Origin: Chiloscyllium plagiosum
Taxonomy: Eukaryota
Assembly: GCF_004010195.1 (NCBI RefSeq)
Contig: NC_057720.1
Coordinates: forward strand, 921,091 to 975,157
Direction: 5' to 3'
Length of the DNA stretch: 54,067 nucleotides
The notes beneath the pieces were generated by a model. That model worked only from the letters and a program-made list of their open reading frames with translations, was not told the origin of the DNA and made no database searches. A program made the position numbers and the translations under genes. Positions 49,438 to 54,067 of this stretch are shown here, piece by piece (the first letter of the stretch is position 1; each line of letters starts with the position of its first letter).

Positions 49438-50149
49438 CCAGGACAGAACCCCACTGGTCCTCACCTACCACCCCACCAATCTCCATGTACAGCGCATCAT
49501 CCGCCGTCACTTCCGCCACCTCCAAACAGACCCCAGCACCAGGGATATATTTCCCTCCCCTCCCCTATCAGCTTTCCGTAGAGACCACTCCCTCCGCGAC
49601 TCCCTTGTCAGATCCACACCCCCCACCGACCCAACCACCACTCCCGGCACCTTCCCTTGCAACCGCAGGAGGTGCAACACTTGCGCCCACACCTCCCCCC
49701 TCACTTCTCTCCAAGGCCCCAAGGGAAACTTCCATATCCGCCACAGATTCACCTGCACCTCCACCCACATCATCTACTGCATCCGCTGCAGCCGGTGTGG
49801 CCTCCTCTATATTGGGGAGACAGGCCGCCTACTTGCGGAGCGATTCAGAGAGCACCTCTGGGCCACCCGGACGAACCAACCCAACCAACCTGTAGCACAG
49901 CATTTCAACTCCCACTCCNNNNNNNNNNNNNNNNNNACCCTACTCCGACCTATCACCTTCACCTTTACCTCTTTCCACCTATCACATTTCCAACTCCCCT
50001 CCTCCAAGTCCCTCCTCCCTATCTTTTATCTTCTCCTGCTGAACACTCTCTGCTCATTCCTGAAGAAGGGCCTGTGCCCGAAACGTCGAATCTCCTGTTC
50101 CCTGGATGCTGCCTGACCTGCTGTGCTGTTCCAGCAATAAAGTTTCAAC
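49438..50149 (+). mobile_element. young 5'-truncated Penelope-like element
   Basis: Frame from 49442 reads PLVLTYHP...FPSPPLSAFRR...CNRRRCNTC...IIYCIRCSRCGLLYIGETGR...RFREH...VAQHF (GIY-YIG). TSD TTGTCTCTA at 49429-49437 and 50150-50158. Confidence 0.92.
50056..50091 (+). ncRNA. minimal type I hammerhead ribozyme motif, intact
   Basis: ATTC-CTGAAGA-A-GGGC CTGT GCCC-GAAA-CGTC-GAAT, identical to the copy at 33421-33456. Confidence 0.8.
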
Positions 50150-52534
50150 TTGTCTCTATTCCCCTTCTTGAGTAAGGGAACAAAATTTGCTGGCACTATT
50201 CCTGTAGACAATGATGACAAAGGCTCGGCACTCTCCTCTCTGGCTTCCCAGAGAATCCCAGGATAAATCCGATCTTGCCCAGGGGATCTATCTATTTTCA
50301 CACTTTCCAGAATTGCCTACACCTCCTCCTTGTGAACCTCAATCCTGTCCAGTCTCGTAGCCTCTATCTCAGTATTCTCCTCGACAACTTTGTGAATATT
50401 GAGAAAAAATATCCATTTAGTACTTCCCCTATCTCCTCAGACTCCACGCACAACTTCCCACTACTGAACTTGATTGGCCCGAATCTTACTCCAGTCATTC
50501 TTTTATTCCTGATATACCTATAGAAAGCTTCAGGGTTTTCCTTGACCCTACCTGCCAATGACTTCTCATGACCCCTCCTGGTTCTTCTTAACTCTCTCTT
50601 TAGGTCCTTCCTGACTAACCTGTAACTCCCAAGTGCTCTAACTGAGCCTTCATGTCTAATCCTAACAGAAGCCTTCTTCTTCCTCTTGACAAGAGATTCA
50701 ACTTCTTTAGTCAACCATGGCTTCCTCATTCGACCACTCCCTCCCTGCCTGACAGCTACATACTTATCCAGGACACACAGTAGCTGGTCCTTGAACAAGC
50801 TACACATTTCAATTGTGCCCATCCCCTGCAGTTTCCTTCCCTATCCTATACATCCTTAATCTTTTCTGATCGCATCATAATTGCCTTTCACCCAGCTGTA
50901 ACTCTTTCCCTGTGGTATATACCTATCCCTTTCCCATCACTAAAGTAAACATAACTGAATTGTGGTCACGATCACCAAAATGCTCACCTACCTCCAAATC
51001 TAACACCTGGCCGGGCTCATTACCCAGTACCAAATCCAATGTGACCTCGCCCCTTGTTGGTCTGTCCACATACTGTGTCAGGAAACCCTCCTGCACACAT
51101 TGGACAAAAACTGACCCATCCAAAGTACTTGAACTATAGTATTCCCAGTTAATATTTGGAAAGTTGAAGTTTTCCCATAACAACTACCCTATGTCTCTCA
51201 CTCCTATTGAGAATCATCTTTGCTATCATTTCCTCTAAATCTCTGGAACTATTCAGAGGCCTATAGAAAACTCCCAACAGGGTGACGTCTCCTTTCCTGT
51301 TTCTAACCTCAGCCCATACTACCTCAGTAGATGAGTCCTCAAATGTCCTTTCTACCACCATAATAATATCCTTGACTAACAATGCCATACCTCACCCTCC
51401 TTTGCCATCTTCTCTGTTCTTACTGAAACACCTAAATCCTGGAACCTGCAACAACCATTCCTGTCCCTGCTCTATCCATGTCTCTGAAATGGCCACAACA
51501 CTGAAAACCGAAGTACCAACCAACAATACAAGTTCACTCACCTTATTCTGGACACTCCTGCCATTGAAGTAAACACACTTCAAACCACCTTCTTGCTTGC
51601 CAGTGTCCTCTTGCGACCTTGAAACCATATTTCTGACCTCACCACTCTCAACCTCCTGTACACTGGAGAGACAACAACTCTGTTTGTTCTAGCTCTAAGC
51701 TTCCATCCTAGCTCCCTGAATTTCTGCCTTACATCCCCTTCCCTTTTCCTACCTATGTCATTGGTGCCTATGTGGACAACGACTTGGGGCTGCTCCCCCT
51801 CCCCCTCAAGGATCTCAAAAACACAATCCGAGACTTCTCGAGCCCTGGCACCTGGGAGACAACACCTCCCTGTAACTCCTTTCAATACCCCCCCCGCCCC
51901 CACACACACCCCACCTCCCGAATGATTTGAAGTTTATCCAGCTCCATCTTCTGTTCCCTAACGGGGTTTTCGAGGAGCTGGAGCTGGGTGCACTTTCCGC
52001 AGAGGAGGTCAGGAGGGACACTGGTGCTGACCCTTACCTCCCACATCCTGCAGGAGGAACATTCAACTGTCCTAACCCCCATTCCCACTATTCTAAATTC
52101 CCAAAGAGAATGTAGAAAAAAAATGAATAAGAATGAAAGTAGTTACCTTACCAATCCGGCGCACAGAACCGGTTTTTTTGGTTAGAGGAGGAGGATGTGT
52201 GGGAGGCACTCCCTAAGTCGTGTCCCCCAATGTTCTCGCTGCCTTTCCAGAGAGTTGGGCACCATGGGGGCTCCAGCACTTTATATCCCCCTCCCCCTCC
52301 ATTCTAATGTACTCCCCTCCCTACACACCAGCCTCACTCCTTAGCTCTGATGCTTGCTTTGCCCAGAATGAGCTTCACTTGTCGACACTGCACTGGCTAC
52401 ACAGGAGGTAGTTAATAGGAAGACAATGAATAAAAAGGTCACGGTAATTTTGTTAACGGGAAGGCCATTCGGTTGTGTGTGATAGCACATCTGGGTAGAG
52501 AAGAGTAAACATAAAGCAGCCCCAGGGCGGGGCT

Positions 52535-53105
52535 GTTCTGGTGCAGTGTCCCTACCCTGGAACCAGGTGATCTATGTTCCGGTCCCACCTGCTCCAGACG
52601 TGTAGGAACATCCTTGAACAGGCTGACTGAAAAATAAAGCAGCCACAGTTTCCTTCCTCCTCTCCCTCTGCTCCCCGTGCCCACTCCCCACCTCCACTTA
52701 CCTTTGAAGGTCCGTGATGGGTTTTGCCAGTAAATGGCTGACTAGCTGCACGAGTGACAGCTGGGGCTGGTTAATGTGGAAAAACAAAAAAAAACTCACA
52801 CTGATTTGATGGTTGGAAAGCTGTTCCGTTATGTGCTTTATCACTTACGGATATTTTTAAAAAGCAGACCCAGAGGTCTCTGTGGTAAACAGGTAGTCTC
52901 CCAGCCTTGAGACCAGGAGATCTGAGTTCAAGTCCCATCTGTTCTGAACATGTTGATTAGACAATTTTAAAAAGTAAAGCAGACCCAGGAGCTTGTGCAA
53001 CATGGTGGTAGTGTCCCAACCTCTGGAATAGGAGGTCCTGGTTCAAGTCCCACCCGGACTAGGGGTGTGTAATAACATTTCTGAAGAGGTTGGTTGGAGT
53101 AATCT
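52535..53105 (+). mobile_element. three short (~110 bp) tRNA-head SINE-like copies
   Basis: GGTAGTGTCCC...GGTTCAAGTCCCACC...TGAACAxGTTGA motif at ~52540, ~52890 and ~53005. Confidence 0.55.
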
Positions 53106-53359
53106 ACATGTTGGATATTTGCTGATTCATGAACTGCCACAGGGCGGCAGTATCATTGAGCAGGTATGTAAATAGAAAGAGCAGAAAGCTGACCCGCTGT
53201 CCATCCAGCCCGGGACTAGCCCATGTATACCATGGTGTCCAACTATAAATGATGTTCCTTTCCAGTCAGGCTTTCTGAGTTACAAGAGATTCTTTAACTC
53301 AAATGGCATTATCCATTTTACAATTACCCTTTTGGTTAATTGATAATGGATATTTACTC

Positions 53360-53630
53360 AGTCATACAGAATGGGTACAGACCCTTCAATCAAACTAGTC
53401 CCCGCTGACCATATTCCCAAACTAAACTAGTTCCATTTGCCTGCATTTGGCCCATATTCCTGCAAGCGTTTCCTATTCATAAACTTATACAAATGTCTTT
53501 TCAACATTATAACTGTGCCTGCATCTACCACTTTCTCCAGCAGTTCATTCTAATTACAAACCACTCTCTGTGTAAAATGTTGTCCCTCATGCCCTTTTTA
53601 AATCAATATGCTTTGAACTCCTCCACCAGC
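53360..53630 (-). mobile_element. CR1 3' end fragment
   Basis: Reverse-complement homology to the CR1 3' region at ~7080-7260. Confidence 0.6.
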
Positions 53631-54067
53631 AGAGAGCGGTGCGAGCTGGGCGGAAGTGAGATCAGAGCGCAGAGCTGGTCGGGAAGGTAAGTGATTGATA
53701 TTTGAGTGGGTGTGTTCTATACCCCAGGCCCTACATAGTAGGGCCTCCCTCCCATCCTCCTCCTCTAACCTAACTTAAAGTCTACAGGTAAGCTACTCAG
53801 TGTTCTTGCTTTGGAGACGAAGTGTAGAGTAATGGCAGCGCAGGCAGTGGAATGTTCCTCCTGCAGGATGTTCGAGGTAGGGGTGACCACCGATACTCCT
53901 GCCGACTTCATCTGCAGGAAATGCAGTCAGATCCTGCTCCTCACAGAACAAGTTAGGGAACTGGAACTGGAGTTGGATGAACTGAGGATTATTCGAGAGG
54001 CTGAGAAGGTGATAGATAGAAGCTACAGAGACATAGTTACGCCAGAGAACAGAGATAGCTGGGTAAC
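53631..54067 (+). mobile_element. CR1 5' end; ORF1 open from ATG 53832 to the window edge
   Basis: MAAQAVECSSCRMFEVGVTTDTPADFICRKCSQILLLTEQVRELELELDELRII: CxxC/CxxC zinc finger plus leucine zipper. Confidence 0.88.

Larger units (their letters stand above)
49190..52300 (-). mobile_element. CR1 5' half (leader, ORF1, endonuclease, start of RT)
   Basis: VECSSCRMWEV, CLPGARAREV...VVVHIGTNDIG (SGNH esterase), VAISETW, GDRDHNSV, NYRSVSLTSVVGK on the minus strand. Confidence 0.9.

Overview
Eukaryotic genomic DNA from a cartilaginous fish (shark-type HE1 SINEs and CR1/HER1-type LINEs), drawn from a scaffold with five N-gaps. The only host gene is the 3' part of LRRIQ3 on the + strand: six phase-consistent exons from 2557 to 27636 giving 572 aa (LRR/LRR-cap, IQ motif, basic coiled-coil C-terminus). 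Its first coding exon lies upstream of the window. Introns and the downstream region are filled with nested, decayed CR1 LINEs, HE1 and other tRNA-derived SINEs, and Penelope-like (GIY-YIG) retroelements. Highlights: (1) minimal type I hammerhead ribozyme cores sit at the Penelope 3' ends and in a family of 170-220 bp fold-back mini-elements, several with target-site duplications; (2) an 8.8-kb array of a 24-bp unit, including about 119 perfect copies, appears to have grown out of a DeuSINE motif; (3) four divergent CR1 5' leaders share a hairpin + CCTCCTCTAACC + GGTAAG module, and the stem covaries between copies. The long repetitive ORFs in the ORF track are satellite artefacts.
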